Shown: positions 30,679-39,879, counted from the first letter of the stretch. The stretch: 64,000 bases of DNA from an uncultured Clostridia bacterium (GCA_949443285.1 CASSLW010000003.1:2340-66339), one strand, 5' to 3'. Numbers and translations are program-made. Notes: generated from the sequence alone by a model not told the origin.

Positions 30679-32523
30679 TTATTCACCCCTTCTTTTTCTT
30701 GTTCTTGTTGCCTTTGGTGCTTCTTCTTTCTTTTCTTCTTTTGGTTCTTCAATTGCTTTTTCTTCATTTCTACTTTCCGTTAATTCATCTCCTTGAATTT
30801 GTTCTTCAATATTTTTTCCATCTACTGATGTTAATTTTGAAATTGCTTCTTTTATAGATGTTCCTTTTATTTCTTCTTCATCTGTAACTTTTGCTTTTTT
30901 TCTTGTAGTTGTTTTTTCTTCTTTCTTTTCTTCTGATTTTAAATTTGCTGCTGCTGATTTATTTGCTTCTTCATAAACTTCTAGGAATGTGTCATAATCC
31001 AAATCAATTTCATTTACTGATGTTGTTAACCTTCCGCCACCAAATACAACTTCATCTGATTTGAATGATAAGGTTCTTTTGTTATCATCAGCAATTATTC
31101 TTGCAACCATATCAACCATACCTGCAACTTTATTTGCTGCTTTTTCTTGAAGATTTGGTTTAATGGCTGTTATCTTATCGCCACCCCTTTTTGTAATGTC
31201 TTTTGATGCATCTTCATGTGATATAAGAATTATGTTTTCATAATCTAAATTCATAAGTCTTTTTAATGTTGATAAAAATTCAGTTCTTACCTTATCCCAT
31301 GCCCTAAAAGAATCATCACTTTCATGTGTAATCCCCATTTGGTCATACATATATAATCTGCAATGTTCGTATGTATCTTCAAGTAAGTCAACAATAATTG
31401 TTTTGAATGTATTTTCTTTCTTTTCAAGTTCTGCAATTGCTTCTTTGAATACTTCCCAAGCAAATTTTCTTTGTGTCATTCTGCCTGTAACCTTTACTTC
31501 ATCCCTAATTGGAATAAATGGTGCATCAACAAATTTAATATTTCCATCTGTATTAAGCATCAATGGGTCAGGAAATTTGTTTGCAAAAGTTGTTTTTCCA
31601 CTAAATGGTGAACCATACAACCAAATGGTTTTTTTGTTAATTTCTTCAATATTTCTTCTTTTATTTTCAGGTAAATTCATAAAATAATCATATCCTTTCT
31701 TACAATATTCTTGATATTCACACCATCCACACAACCAACTTTCATTTTTTTTAAATTCTGTTTCTTCTAGCATTTTCTTTGTTTTAGTTAAAAAGTCAAT
31801 TACATATTCAGGGTTATAATCAATATTTAAAAATTTAATTTCGGTTTTCTTTAATTCTTCATCAAGTCTTTGTCTGAATTCACTTAATGTTTCAGTTTTC
31901 TTTTGTCTTATTCCAACTTTTGGAACAATCACAAATTGCATGTTTCTTATTTTTGTACCAGGATGTGTTTTTTCAAAATAATATTTATATAAATGTAATT
32001 GTGGTGAATCTTTGTAATGGTAAACATTATTTGAATATTTAAAATCATATAAATCATAATATTTTGTTGGATTTGTTTGATTCATCATTTTTTTACACAA
32101 GATTCCACTATTTGCATAATTGCAATCACAATTTTTTTCACAATTGTCACAAACTTCATCCATTTCTTCCAAAGTTAATTCATGTTTAACTGGAACTAAT
32201 AAATCAATAAATCCAATGAAATCTTCATCTTTGATTTGAACTTCGTATTCACCTTGTGGTAAAATACTCTTAACCTTTGGAATCTGATATTCAAGTTTTA
32301 TTGCTTCATTGATGTGTTCATCAGTTATGATTGGATACTGTGCAAAATATTCTTCAATAGCTGTTTTCACATCTTTTTCAATACCAGTATGAAGTGCTGT
32401 TCCAAGGAATAGTGGATTATCTGCATTATCAGGTTTCAAAGTTCCATATTTATCAATGTATCTTAATTTGTATCTATGTGGACATCCTTCAAAGCATTCC
32501 ACCCTTGAATGTGATATTTGCAT
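30679..32523 (-). CDS. fusion of a Cas4/RecB-like PD-(D/E)xK nuclease with a Sak4-like AAA_24 ATPase
   Basis: N-terminal CPHRY; GTALH, GFIDLL, DLYDFKYS, QLHLYKYYF and C-terminal Cys cluster CGWCEYQEYC; then Walker A LYGSPFSGKTT; Lys/Glu-rich tail. Confidence 0.65.
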   Translation of the reverse strand: MQISHSRVECFEGCPHRYKLRYIDKYGTLKPDNADNPLFLGTALHTGIEKDVKTAIEEYFAQYPIITDEHINEAIKLEYQIPKVKSILPQGEYEVQIKDEDFIGFIDLLVPVKHELTLEEMDEVCDNCEKNCDCNYANSGILCKKMMNQTNPTKYYDLYDFKYSNNVYHYKDSPQLHLYKYYFEKTHPGTKIRNMQFVIVPKVGIRQKKTETLSEFRQRLDEELKKTEIKFLNIDYNPEYVIDFLTKTKKMLEETEFKKNESWLCGWCEYQEYCKKGYDYFMNLPENKRRNIEEINKKTIWLYGSPFSGKTTFANKFPDPLMLNTDGNIKFVDAPFIPIRDEVKVTGRMTQRKFAWEVFKEAIAELEKKENTFKTIIVDLLEDTYEHCRLYMYDQMGITHESDDSFRAWDKVRTEFLSTLKRLMNLDYENIILISHEDASKDITKRGGDKITAIKPNLQEKAANKVAGMVDMVARIIADDNKRTLSFKSDEVVFGGGRLTTSVNEIDLDYDTFLEVYEEANKSAAANLKSEEKKEEKTTTRKKAKVTDEEEIKGTSIKEAISKLTSVDGKNIEEQIQGDELTESRNEEKAIEEPKEEKKEEAPKATRTRKRRGE

Positions 32524-32882
32524 TATTTTTTCACCCCCTTATCAAAATTAAATTGTTCTTCAAATGAAAATGAATGTTTTTCTGCTTGTCTTTGTTTAAG
32601 TTTTAAAATGAATTTTTTAAATTCATCAAATTGATTTGGGTATAATACAAATCCAATTCCTTTTGCTTGTCTTATTTTTTCAATGTTCCAAAGTTGTAGT
32701 TCTGATGGTTTACCATGTTCACCTTTAAGTTCAACACCTAAAAAGTAACCATTACAACATATTAGTAAATCAGGAATACCGCTTTTAGTATATGCTGCAC
32801 CACCCCAGTATTTAATGAACCAACAACCTTCACTTTCAAGAAATTTTTTAACCTTATTTTCAAATTGTTTTTCTGTTGCCAT
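32523..32882 (-). CDS. VRR-NUC domain nuclease
   Basis: GIPDLL...VELKGEHGKPSELQ (D...ELK). Confidence 0.65.
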   Translation of the reverse strand: MATEKQFENKVKKFLESEGCWFIKYWGGAAYTKSGIPDLLICCNGYFLGVELKGEHGKPSELQLWNIEKIRQAKGIGFVLYPNQFDEFKKFILKLKQRQAEKHSFSFEEQFNFDKGVKK

Positions 32883-33337
32883 TATTTATCACCTGCTTTC
32901 ACTTCAATTTTTATATAAGACTTTTTACTTGAAGTTTTTGAATATTCTTTTGCTATATCAGGTTGTTCTTTTTTTAATCTTGTACTATCAATTGATGTAG
33001 TAGTTGAAGGTGCATAGTATGTAATTTTTATTACATCATTTTCAAATTTTGTTACACCATATGCTTCCATTGCAGCAAGTAATTTTTCTTTCATTGTTTT
33101 TTCTTGTTCTTCAATTTGCTTTTTAGCAACTGAAATTTGTGCAATTGCATTGATAACTTCAACATTTGCATTTTTGAAAACTTGTAAACTTGTTTCACCA
33201 TTCATTTCTGAATTTTGACAAGAATCAGGTTTTAAATTACAAGATGATTCGCAATGTTCTAATTCATCACATTCTACACAACAATGTTCATATTCAAATG
33301 GACAACCAGCTTGTTTACATTTAATTCTCATTTTCAT
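32882..33337 (-). CDS. Cys-rich hypothetical protein
   Basis: N-terminal multi-Cys region. Confidence 0.35.
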   Translation of the reverse strand: MKMRIKCKQAGCPFEYEHCCVECDELEHCESSCNLKPDSCQNSEMNGETSLQVFKNANVEVINAIAQISVAKKQIEEQEKTMKEKLLAAMEAYGVTKFENDVIKITYYAPSTTTSIDSTRLKKEQPDIAKEYSKTSSKKSYIKIEVKAGDK

Positions 33338-34695
33338 TCACCCCTTTCTAATTCTAAATTTTCATATTCTTTGAACAACTCATCATTGAAGTCTTTTCGT
33401 TTTTGTAATGTTTCATAAATTGCTTCTTCTATGCTATTTTTGCAAATCATTAAGTAATAGAAACAATTTTGATTTTGACCAATTCTGTGTATTCTTTTTT
33501 TGCTTTGTTCAAATAATTCTGATTTATCTGTTAATGTAAAATATACAATTTTGTTAGCCTTTTGAAGATTTAATCCCATTGAACCAGCTTGATACTGAAT
33601 CAATGTAACTGAATTATCTTCATTTTCATAAGCTGTTAAATCTTTTGTTTCGCCATTTACAATTGAAAGTGGTTTTTTATAAAATTCAACTGCATCTTTT
33701 AATTTTCTCAATTCTTCATTATAGTTGTAAAAAACAATCAATCTATCATTTGTTGATTCTAGCAATTCTCTAAATGCTTGAAGTTTTTGTTTATTATATT
33801 GACCACATAACTGTCTTGCATATAATCTTTTTGTAAGTGGTGTGTCACCAACTAATTCAATTCTTGGTGTAACATCTTTACCTTCAAAATCTGAATGGTC
33901 ATGAAATTCTGTATAATTTAATGTGTCAAAAACAATTATTGAATTTTTTATGAACTTTCTATATTCTTTTGATGTTTGTATGTTTATTGGAATTTCTATT
34001 TGTTCAGGTAAATCAAAACATTCTTCTGTTTTCATAAATACTGCACCATATTCACACAATTTTCTTTTTAATCTATCTATATTTTTATATGGTTCTTTTT
34101 TACTAACATGTCGAATTGGTGTTCCACCAATATTTTCCTTTTCCCAATTAACATACTGCTTGTTATAAAGTTCTTCTGAAATTTTCCAACCAAGTAAATG
34201 AATTTGTGACCATAAATTTTCATATTTTCCTGATGATGGTGTTCCTGATAACAAAATTACATTTTTAGGTTTCATTTTAAGAATATACTTTGTTATTTGG
34301 GCTTTTGTATTTTGTATAATCGAACTTTCATCAAGCATCAATGTAAAATCTTCTAATTCAAGAAAATATGACCTTCTAAATATCAAATCATAATTTATTA
34401 TGCCAACCTTTTTCTTATGTAACCCAATCCCATCTTTGAATAATCTAAATTGTTCTTTATCTGTTAAATCGTATATTGAATAATCATCATAATATTTTAT
34501 ATAATGGTCAATCCAATCTTTGATTTTAGATTTTTGGCAAACAATAATATTCATATCATTTCCAAGTTCATGCATTTTTTCAGAACCTACAAAAGTCTTG
34601 CCAAGTCCCATATCTAAATAGTATGCAACTTTGTTAAATGGTCTTGTTATTACTAATGCTTTATTTTGGTGTTTATATAATTCCATTATTTTCAC
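33334..34695 (-). CDS. SNF2-family helicase
   Basis: GLGKT Walker A; DESS box; C-terminal helicase motifs QYQAGSMGLNLQ...QSKKRIHRIGQ. Confidence 0.75.
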   Translation of the reverse strand: MKIMELYKHQNKALVITRPFNKVAYYLDMGLGKTFVGSEKMHELGNDMNIIVCQKSKIKDWIDHYIKYYDDYSIYDLTDKEQFRLFKDGIGLHKKKVGIINYDLIFRRSYFLELEDFTLMLDESSIIQNTKAQITKYILKMKPKNVILLSGTPSSGKYENLWSQIHLLGWKISEELYNKQYVNWEKENIGGTPIRHVSKKEPYKNIDRLKRKLCEYGAVFMKTEECFDLPEQIEIPINIQTSKEYRKFIKNSIIVFDTLNYTEFHDHSDFEGKDVTPRIELVGDTPLTKRLYARQLCGQYNKQKLQAFRELLESTNDRLIVFYNYNEELRKLKDAVEFYKKPLSIVNGETKDLTAYENEDNSVTLIQYQAGSMGLNLQKANKIVYFTLTDKSELFEQSKKRIHRIGQNQNCFYYLMICKNSIEEAIYETLQKRKDFNDELFKEYENLELERGE

Positions 34696-35093
34696 CTTTC
34701 TTCATATTCACCTATATATTCTTTTAATTTTTTAGGACTTATGTGATATGACCATTTTGATTTCTTTTTTGAAGCAAACCCAAACGGTGCTGTTCCCATT
34801 TGCAATGCTATTCTGATGAATTCTTCTGATTTATCAAGCAACATTGCAGCTTTCCAAACTGGTACATTATTGCAAGTATTTATATTCAAATCATGTTCTT
34901 TTTCTTTTTCTAAATCTTCAACAGTACATCCAAGAAAATTTGCAATTTGTTCTTTGACTTTATCTTGTGGAATATGTTTCCCTGATAAATATTGACTAAT
35001 TGATGATTTACCTTTGCCAATTCCATTTGCTAGTTCCACAGGTTTCATTTCTTTTTCATTCAATATGTCTTTTAAATTACTTGCAAAACTCAA
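34692..35093 (-). CDS. XRE-family helix-turn-helix protein
   Basis: VELANGIGKGKSSISQYLSGKHIP. Confidence 0.55.
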   Translation of the reverse strand: MSFASNLKDILNEKEMKPVELANGIGKGKSSISQYLSGKHIPQDKVKEQIANFLGCTVEDLEKEKEHDLNINTCNNVPVWKAAMLLDKSEEFIRIALQMGTAPFGFASKKKSKWSYHISPKKLKEYIGEYEER

Positions 35094-35113
35094 ACCAATT
35101 CATTCCTTTCTTT

Positions 35114-35131
35114 TGTATCTTTTAAGATACA
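35114..35131. promoter_or_regulatory. 18-bp palindrome TGTATCT-TTTA-AGATACA
   Basis: Perfect palindrome about 20 nt upstream of the 35093 start codon. Confidence 0.6.
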
Positions 35132-35325
35132 AACAATTCAAAAAAATTTGTTATTCTTCTTTTTAATCTAATTTTATCTTCTTTTGTCCAATATTTAATA
35201 CTAGATATACCAAAAATTATCATAAAAATTGTACATCTAATTATTGCTTTTTTCATATCAATTGCATCATTTTCCAATGCACCAACTGTTCCTAATAACA
35301 TTATAAAACTTATAAAACAAACCAT
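35122..35325 (-). CDS. small membrane protein
   Basis: 67 aa with two hydrophobic segments. Confidence 0.3.
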   Translation of the reverse strand: MVCFISFIMLLGTVGALENDAIDMKKAIIRCTIFMIIFGISSIKYWTKEDKIRLKRRITNFFELFVS

Positions 35326-35344
35326 TTCTTTTCCTTCTTTCTTT

Positions 35345-35362
35345 TGTATCTCTTAAGATACA
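35345..35362. promoter_or_regulatory. 18-bp palindrome TGTATCT-CTTA-AGATACA
   Basis: Half-sites perfect; between the cro-like gene and the small membrane gene. Confidence 0.6.
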
Positions 35363-35363
35363 A

Positions 35364-35594
35364 CTAGCTTAAAAAAATTTCCACTACTTCTGCATCTGTT
35401 AAATTGTACCTTTCTTTAATTATTTGAATTTCAGTTTGTGTAAATTCTGCCCCATTTGTATTGTTTCTTTTAGCTGATAATCTTTGTGGTGATAAATTTA
35501 AGGCTTTTGCTAATGCTTCATTACTATCACCATATAATGCCATTTTTGAATTTAATAAATTAAGATTGACTTTCACATTTATCACCCCTTTCAA
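35364..35594 (-). CDS. Cro-like helix-turn-helix protein
   Basis: ALAKALNLSPQRLSAKRN; divergent from the cI gene. Confidence 0.5.
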   Translation of the reverse strand: MKGVINVKVNLNLLNSKMALYGDSNEALAKALNLSPQRLSAKRNNTNGAEFTQTEIQIIKERYNLTDAEVVEIFLS

Positions 35595-35787
35595 TAAATT
35601 TATTGTTGTTATACTGTTTCATAATTTTTATTTCAACTTTACCATCAGGATATTTTGTTTTTGATTCCAAAATAAATTCTTGATGATTTTGTTGTAATTT
35701 TAAAATATAATTTTTAAATTCTTGTTCATCATCAAATTGAATTATCTGATAAATAGCTGCTGAAACTACTTTTTTCACTTCTTTCAC
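35560..35787 (-). CDS. hypothetical early protein
   Basis: 75-aa ORF with a GTG start. Confidence 0.3.
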   Translation of the reverse strand: MKEVKKVVSAAIYQIIQFDDEQEFKNYILKLQQNHQEFILESKTKYPDGKVEIKIMKQYNNNKFIERGDKCESQS

Positions 35788-35805
35788 CTTCCTTCAATTT
35801 GTTTT

Positions 35806-35823
35806 TGTATCTTGTAAGATACA
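35806..35823. promoter_or_regulatory. 18-bp palindrome TGTATCT-TGTA-AGATACA in the divergent cI/cro control region
   Basis: Perfect palindrome; two additional AAGATACAA half-sites at 35925-35933 and 35957-35965, directly upstream of the cI gene. Confidence 0.6.
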
Positions 35824-35988
35824 CATATGATATATCAATATTTTTCCTTTGTCAATACTTTTTGAAAAAAAATTTTAAAATTCTTCAAAAAAACTTTCAA
35901 AATATGAATAAATATGCTAAAATTAAGATACAAATAATTTTAGAAATGTTAAATTTAAGATACAACATTTTAGAAAGGAAAATAAATT

Positions 35989-36411
35989 ATGAATAAAGAA
36001 ATTAGTGAAAAAATAAAAGCATATCGTGATGAACATGAGTTGTCACAAGCTGAATTCGGTAAATTATGTTATGTTCAAAGGGCAGCTGTTAGCAAGTGGG
36101 AAAAAGGTCAAGTAACAAATATGACACCAAAATCATTATTTGCAGTTTCAGATTTAATTGGTGTTGACCCAAGAGAATTCTATTTTGACAATTGGGAAAG
36201 GAAATACAATAACAATAATAAACTTGCAACTGAATCTAATATACTTGATTCAGTTAAATCAATGTATGGAAAAGAAGCAAGTGACCTTTTAATTGATTAT
36301 ATTCAATTAAATGAATTAGGTAAAAAAAAACTGATTGAAAATGCATCAGATTTAATATCAATGTCCAAATACACTTTTCAAGAAAAAAGGGATGAAAAAA
36401 GGGCATTATAA
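35989..36411 (+). CDS. CI-like repressor (XRE helix-turn-helix)
   Basis: ELSQAEFGKLCYVQRAAVSKWEKGQ; plus strand, divergent from the early operon; RBS GAAAGGAAA. Confidence 0.7.
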   Translation: MNKEISEKIKAYRDEHELSQAEFGKLCYVQRAAVSKWEKGQVTNMTPKSLFAVSDLIGVDPREFYFDNWERKYNNNNKLATESNILDSVKSMYGKEASDLLIDYIQLNELGKKKLIENASDLISMSKYTFQEKRDEKRAL

Positions 36412-36449
36412 TTCATTATGATTTTAGAAAAAAGAAATAAAAGTACAAT

Positions 36450-36665
36450 ATGGGTTCAATGTATGGGTTCAAAGTGAAACCCCAGTTTTTTCAATATGGT
36501 TCAATGTGGTTCAAGGTAACTTATACTTAATAACAAAATAACAATTTTTATTATTACAAATTTTAATGTTTTTATAAAAAATAAATAATAGTAAAACCAC
36601 CTTGAACCTTGAACCATAAAAATAAAAAATGTTGATATATCAATACTTTGACTTGGTTCAAGGTT
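36450..36665. repeat. second array of GGTTCAA/TTGAACC iterons in an AT-rich stretch
   Basis: GGTTCAA at 36453, 36466, 36498, 36508 and 36655; TTGAACC at 36603 and 36610; shares the CACCTTGAACCTTGAACC 18-mer with 20013-20030. Confidence 0.7.
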
Positions 36666-36683
36666 GATAAGAAAGGAAACAAT

Positions 36684-37004
36684 ATGAAATATCCAATAAA
36701 ATATGGTGTAAATCCACCAAGTAAAATATTTGATGTGAATGAATTAGAAAAAAATTTCTTTGATGTCTTATACTCAAAATTACCTGAAAAAGTAAATACA
36801 AAAATAAATTTAATCAGAATGGCAAATGGTACATTATTAGTTGAATGTAAAGGTTTTTGTATTGGAAAAATAAAACTTCAAGGAAATAAACATGATATGC
36901 AAATAATAACAAAAAATGATACATATGTTGTGTATGAAGATTTTATTGAACATATAAATGAATGGGTAAAATACATCAATGAAGAAATAATTAAAGAATT
37001 ATGA
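36684..37004 (+). CDS. moron protein 1 (hypothetical)
   Basis: Start chosen at ATG 36684 with RBS AAAGGAAA; the track start at 36648 lies inside the iterons. Confidence 0.45.
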   Translation: MKYPIKYGVNPPSKIFDVNELEKNFFDVLYSKLPEKVNTKINLIRMANGTLLVECKGFCIGKIKLQGNKHDMQIITKNDTYVVYEDFIEHINEWVKYINEEIIKEL

Positions 37005-37018
37005 AAGGAAAATAAATA

Positions 37019-37408
37019 ATGTTTGGAAAAAATAAAAATTCTATTATTAAAGTAATGCATTATGAAGGTTTAGAAGATTTTATTCAAGATTATCCATGTA
37101 CCATAGAAATAAAAAATGATATTTTTCAAATAAAACGAATTAAACCTGAAACAACTGTTAATTTACCAATTGCACAAATTAAAAAAATAGAAACGATGGA
37201 AGAACCCAGATTTATGGTGAAATATCATAATAATGATGCTACAACTGATAAAGGAATTAAAAAATATTATTTGGTTGTAACATACATTTCAAAAAATAAT
37301 GAAGAAAAATATATTGCTTTTTGGGGTACTGCTTTTGAATATAATAAATTTCTTGCTTTACAAAATAAACAGATAAATATTCAAAAATCTGATTCTTATA
37401 ATTTATAG
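37019..37408 (+). CDS. moron protein 2 (hypothetical, possibly a PH-like fold)
   Basis: 129-aa ORF between cI and int. Confidence 0.45.
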   Translation: MFGKNKNSIIKVMHYEGLEDFIQDYPCTIEIKNDIFQIKRIKPETTVNLPIAQIKKIETMEEPRFMVKYHNNDATTDKGIKKYYLVVTYISKNNEEKYIAFWGTAFEYNKFLALQNKQINIQKSDSYNL

Positions 37409-37422
37409 AAAGGAAGTATTAA

Positions 37423-38451
37423 ATGAAAAATCCAAATGGTTATGGTACAGTTGTCAAACTATCAGGTAACAGAAGAAAACCATATGCAGTAAGAAAAACG
37501 ATTGGCTTTAATAAAAAAGGTCATCCAATATATCAACCAATTGGTTATACAGAAACAAGAGAAGAAGGCTTGGAAATGTTGGCACTATATAATCATGAAC
37601 CATGGAACATTGATAGGGATAAAGTAACATTAAAACTACTTTATGAACGATGGTTAGAAGTAAAGTTTCCAAAATTAGGTGATGCAACACAAAAATCTTT
37701 GAAATCTGCATATAAGCATTGTAAAAAATATGAAAATGCTATTTATAGAAAATTAAGGTCTTTTGATATGCAAGATTGTATTGATAATTGTGGATGTGGT
37801 TATTCAACACAATGGGCAATAAAGAATCTTTTTGGGCATCTTGATAGATTTGCATTTGAAATTGATATTATTGACAAGATGTATTCGCAAATCACTACTG
37901 CTGAACCTGTTCCTGAAACTAGTAAAAAACCATTTACTGATGATGAAATTAAAATATTATATGAAAATAAAGATGATGAGTGGGTAGAAACTATTATTTT
38001 ATATAATTTTACAGGTTTTAGGCTTAACGAATTATTATCAATAGAAATAACATCAATAGATTTGGATGAAGGTGTTTATAAAGGTGGTTCAAAAACTAAT
38101 TCAGGTAAAAATAGAATTGTTCCAATTCATTCTTTGACATATAACATTGTAGAAAAAAGAGTAAAAGCAAATAAAAAATATTTAATTGAATTTGAAGGTA
38201 AAAAACTATCAAAAAGTAAATATTATGAATTTTGGAATGAAACAATGGAAAAATTAGGTTTAAATCATACCCCACATGAATGTAGACACTTTTTCAGAAC
38301 CAAATTAGATGCAGTTGGTGCAAATAAAAAATGTACAGATTTAATGATGGGTCATAAATCAAAAGATGTTGGTGAAAGAAGATATACACATAAAACAATT
38401 CAAGAATTAAAAGCTGAAATTGAAAAGATAAAATTCGATTTTTGGGTTTGA
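37423..38451 (+). CDS. int: tyrosine site-specific integrase
   Basis: HECRHFFRT...MMGHKSKDVGERRYTH (box II, R-H-R-Y). Confidence 0.85.
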   Translation: MKNPNGYGTVVKLSGNRRKPYAVRKTIGFNKKGHPIYQPIGYTETREEGLEMLALYNHEPWNIDRDKVTLKLLYERWLEVKFPKLGDATQKSLKSAYKHCKKYENAIYRKLRSFDMQDCIDNCGCGYSTQWAIKNLFGHLDRFAFEIDIIDKMYSQITTAEPVPETSKKPFTDDEIKILYENKDDEWVETIILYNFTGFRLNELLSIEITSIDLDEGVYKGGSKTNSGKNRIVPIHSLTYNIVEKRVKANKKYLIEFEGKKLSKSKYYEFWNETMEKLGLNHTPHECRHFFRTKLDAVGANKKCTDLMMGHKSKDVGERRYTHKTIQELKAEIEKIKFDFWV

Positions 38452-38473
38452 ACTAATAACAAATTAGTAACAC

Positions 38474-38515
38474 AAAATCGCTACATTACCTATTTATAAG
38501 CAATGTAGCGATTTT
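38474..38515. terminator. 14-bp perfect inverted repeat hairpin after int (bidirectional terminator, possibly the attL core region)
   Basis: AAAATCGCTACATT-N14-AATGTAGCGATTTT. Confidence 0.5.
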
Positions 38516-38784
38516 ATATGTGTATTATAATCATAAAACATCCTTAAATACCCTTTATCTATTACTAATTTTGGTCCCTTATATTGTTTTATAAGATTAA
38601 ACTTATATCTATATTTTTTCTTTCCTTTATGATCACTTATTCTTATTCCACAACATACACCATAATCTAGTTTCAGATATATACTTTTAGTTGTTTTAGC
38701 ATAATACTTATGAATTTGAAAACCTTTGTCTTTCAAATTTTGTATTAATTTATTTGATACTGAAATTTCTTGATTTCTCTTCAA
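38494..38784 (-). CDS. hypothetical protein
   Basis: 96-aa ORF whose 3' end overlaps the hairpin. Confidence 0.25.
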   Translation of the reverse strand: MKRNQEISVSNKLIQNLKDKGFQIHKYYAKTTKSIYLKLDYGVCCGIRISDHKGKKKYRYKFNLIKQYKGPKLVIDKGYLRMFYDYNTHIKSLHCL

Positions 38785-38799
38785 TAAGCAATTCCCCCT

Positions 38800-39879
38800 T
38801 TAAGCACTTTTTCTTTTTTTCTCGTATTTATTCAAGTCATCACCTATATTATCTTCAGTTAATGCTATTCTAAAATCTACTTCTATGTTGTATTTTTCAA
38901 GTGCTTGTACTATATTTTTTTGCATTGCACTACTTGTATGTAAAATTGTATATTTATCTGCATATAAAAATACTTTTGATGTGTTCATCCTTTTTACAAT
39001 ATTTAATATTAGCTCTTTATCTATATTATTTGGAATTCCAATAACAGTTTTGTTTGTATTATTAAATAATTTATGTGCTAATATCATTTCTGTAGCAATA
39101 ATAATACTTTCATTATTAGAATTATACATATCTATCCATTTTCTATTTTTATCCTTTAATATCATAGGCCAATTACTTGCTTTTGTTCCATTATGTTCAT
39201 TACTACTAGAAAACCATATATTTTTAGTATCCAATGCATATTCATTATCTAATAGAATTCGTAGTCCTTGAATTTTATTATTAAATATAACAGGAACAAA
39301 TAGTCCTTTATGTGATTTATAAGTCCATTTAAAATCAACATCTTGAAAAAATCCAGAAATGCCATCTAACTTTAGCCCTTCCTTCTGTAACTGCATACAT
39401 ATTTCTTTTTTATTATAGTTATTATTTTCTATACTTTTGAACAGATTATCTTTAATATATTCATCTGTAAAATTCATACTCCTCAATTTTTTATAATGTA
39501 TTTCATTTAATTTTTGTTTTTCTAAAAAACTTCTATAAACTATATCTCTGTAGCATTCATCTTTAACTGGATTATTATATGTATAAGGCATATTATCTAA
39601 AACTGGCGTTTCTTTCAATAATCTTTTGAATGCTTCTTTTGTAGATATATACTTTAAATTTGCATATAAATCTATTGAACTACCACTTGATTCACATTTT
39701 CTACATATGTACACATTACTAATGGTATTTATTTTCAAATAGCCTTTCTTTTCTTCTGAATTTTGACAAAATGGACAAATAGCATATATATAATTTCCTT
39801 TTTGACTCGTCTTTTTTAAATGTAATTGATTAATCACATTTGTAATATTTATATAGTCATACACATTATTATTCTGCAT
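38800..39879 (-). CDS. CHC2 zinc-finger primase-like protein
   Basis: CPFC...CRKCESSGSSIDL zinc-finger pattern, DnaG-like. Confidence 0.55.
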   Translation of the reverse strand: MQNNNVYDYINITNVINQLHLKKTSQKGNYIYAICPFCQNSEEKKGYLKINTISNVYICRKCESSGSSIDLYANLKYISTKEAFKRLLKETPVLDNMPYTYNNPVKDECYRDIVYRSFLEKQKLNEIHYKKLRSMNFTDEYIKDNLFKSIENNNYNKKEICMQLQKEGLKLDGISGFFQDVDFKWTYKSHKGLFVPVIFNNKIQGLRILLDNEYALDTKNIWFSSSNEHNGTKASNWPMILKDKNRKWIDMYNSNNESIIIATEMILAHKLFNNTNKTVIGIPNNIDKELILNIVKRMNTSKVFLYADKYTILHTSSAMQKNIVQALEKYNIEVDFRIALTEDNIGDDLNKYEKKRKSA

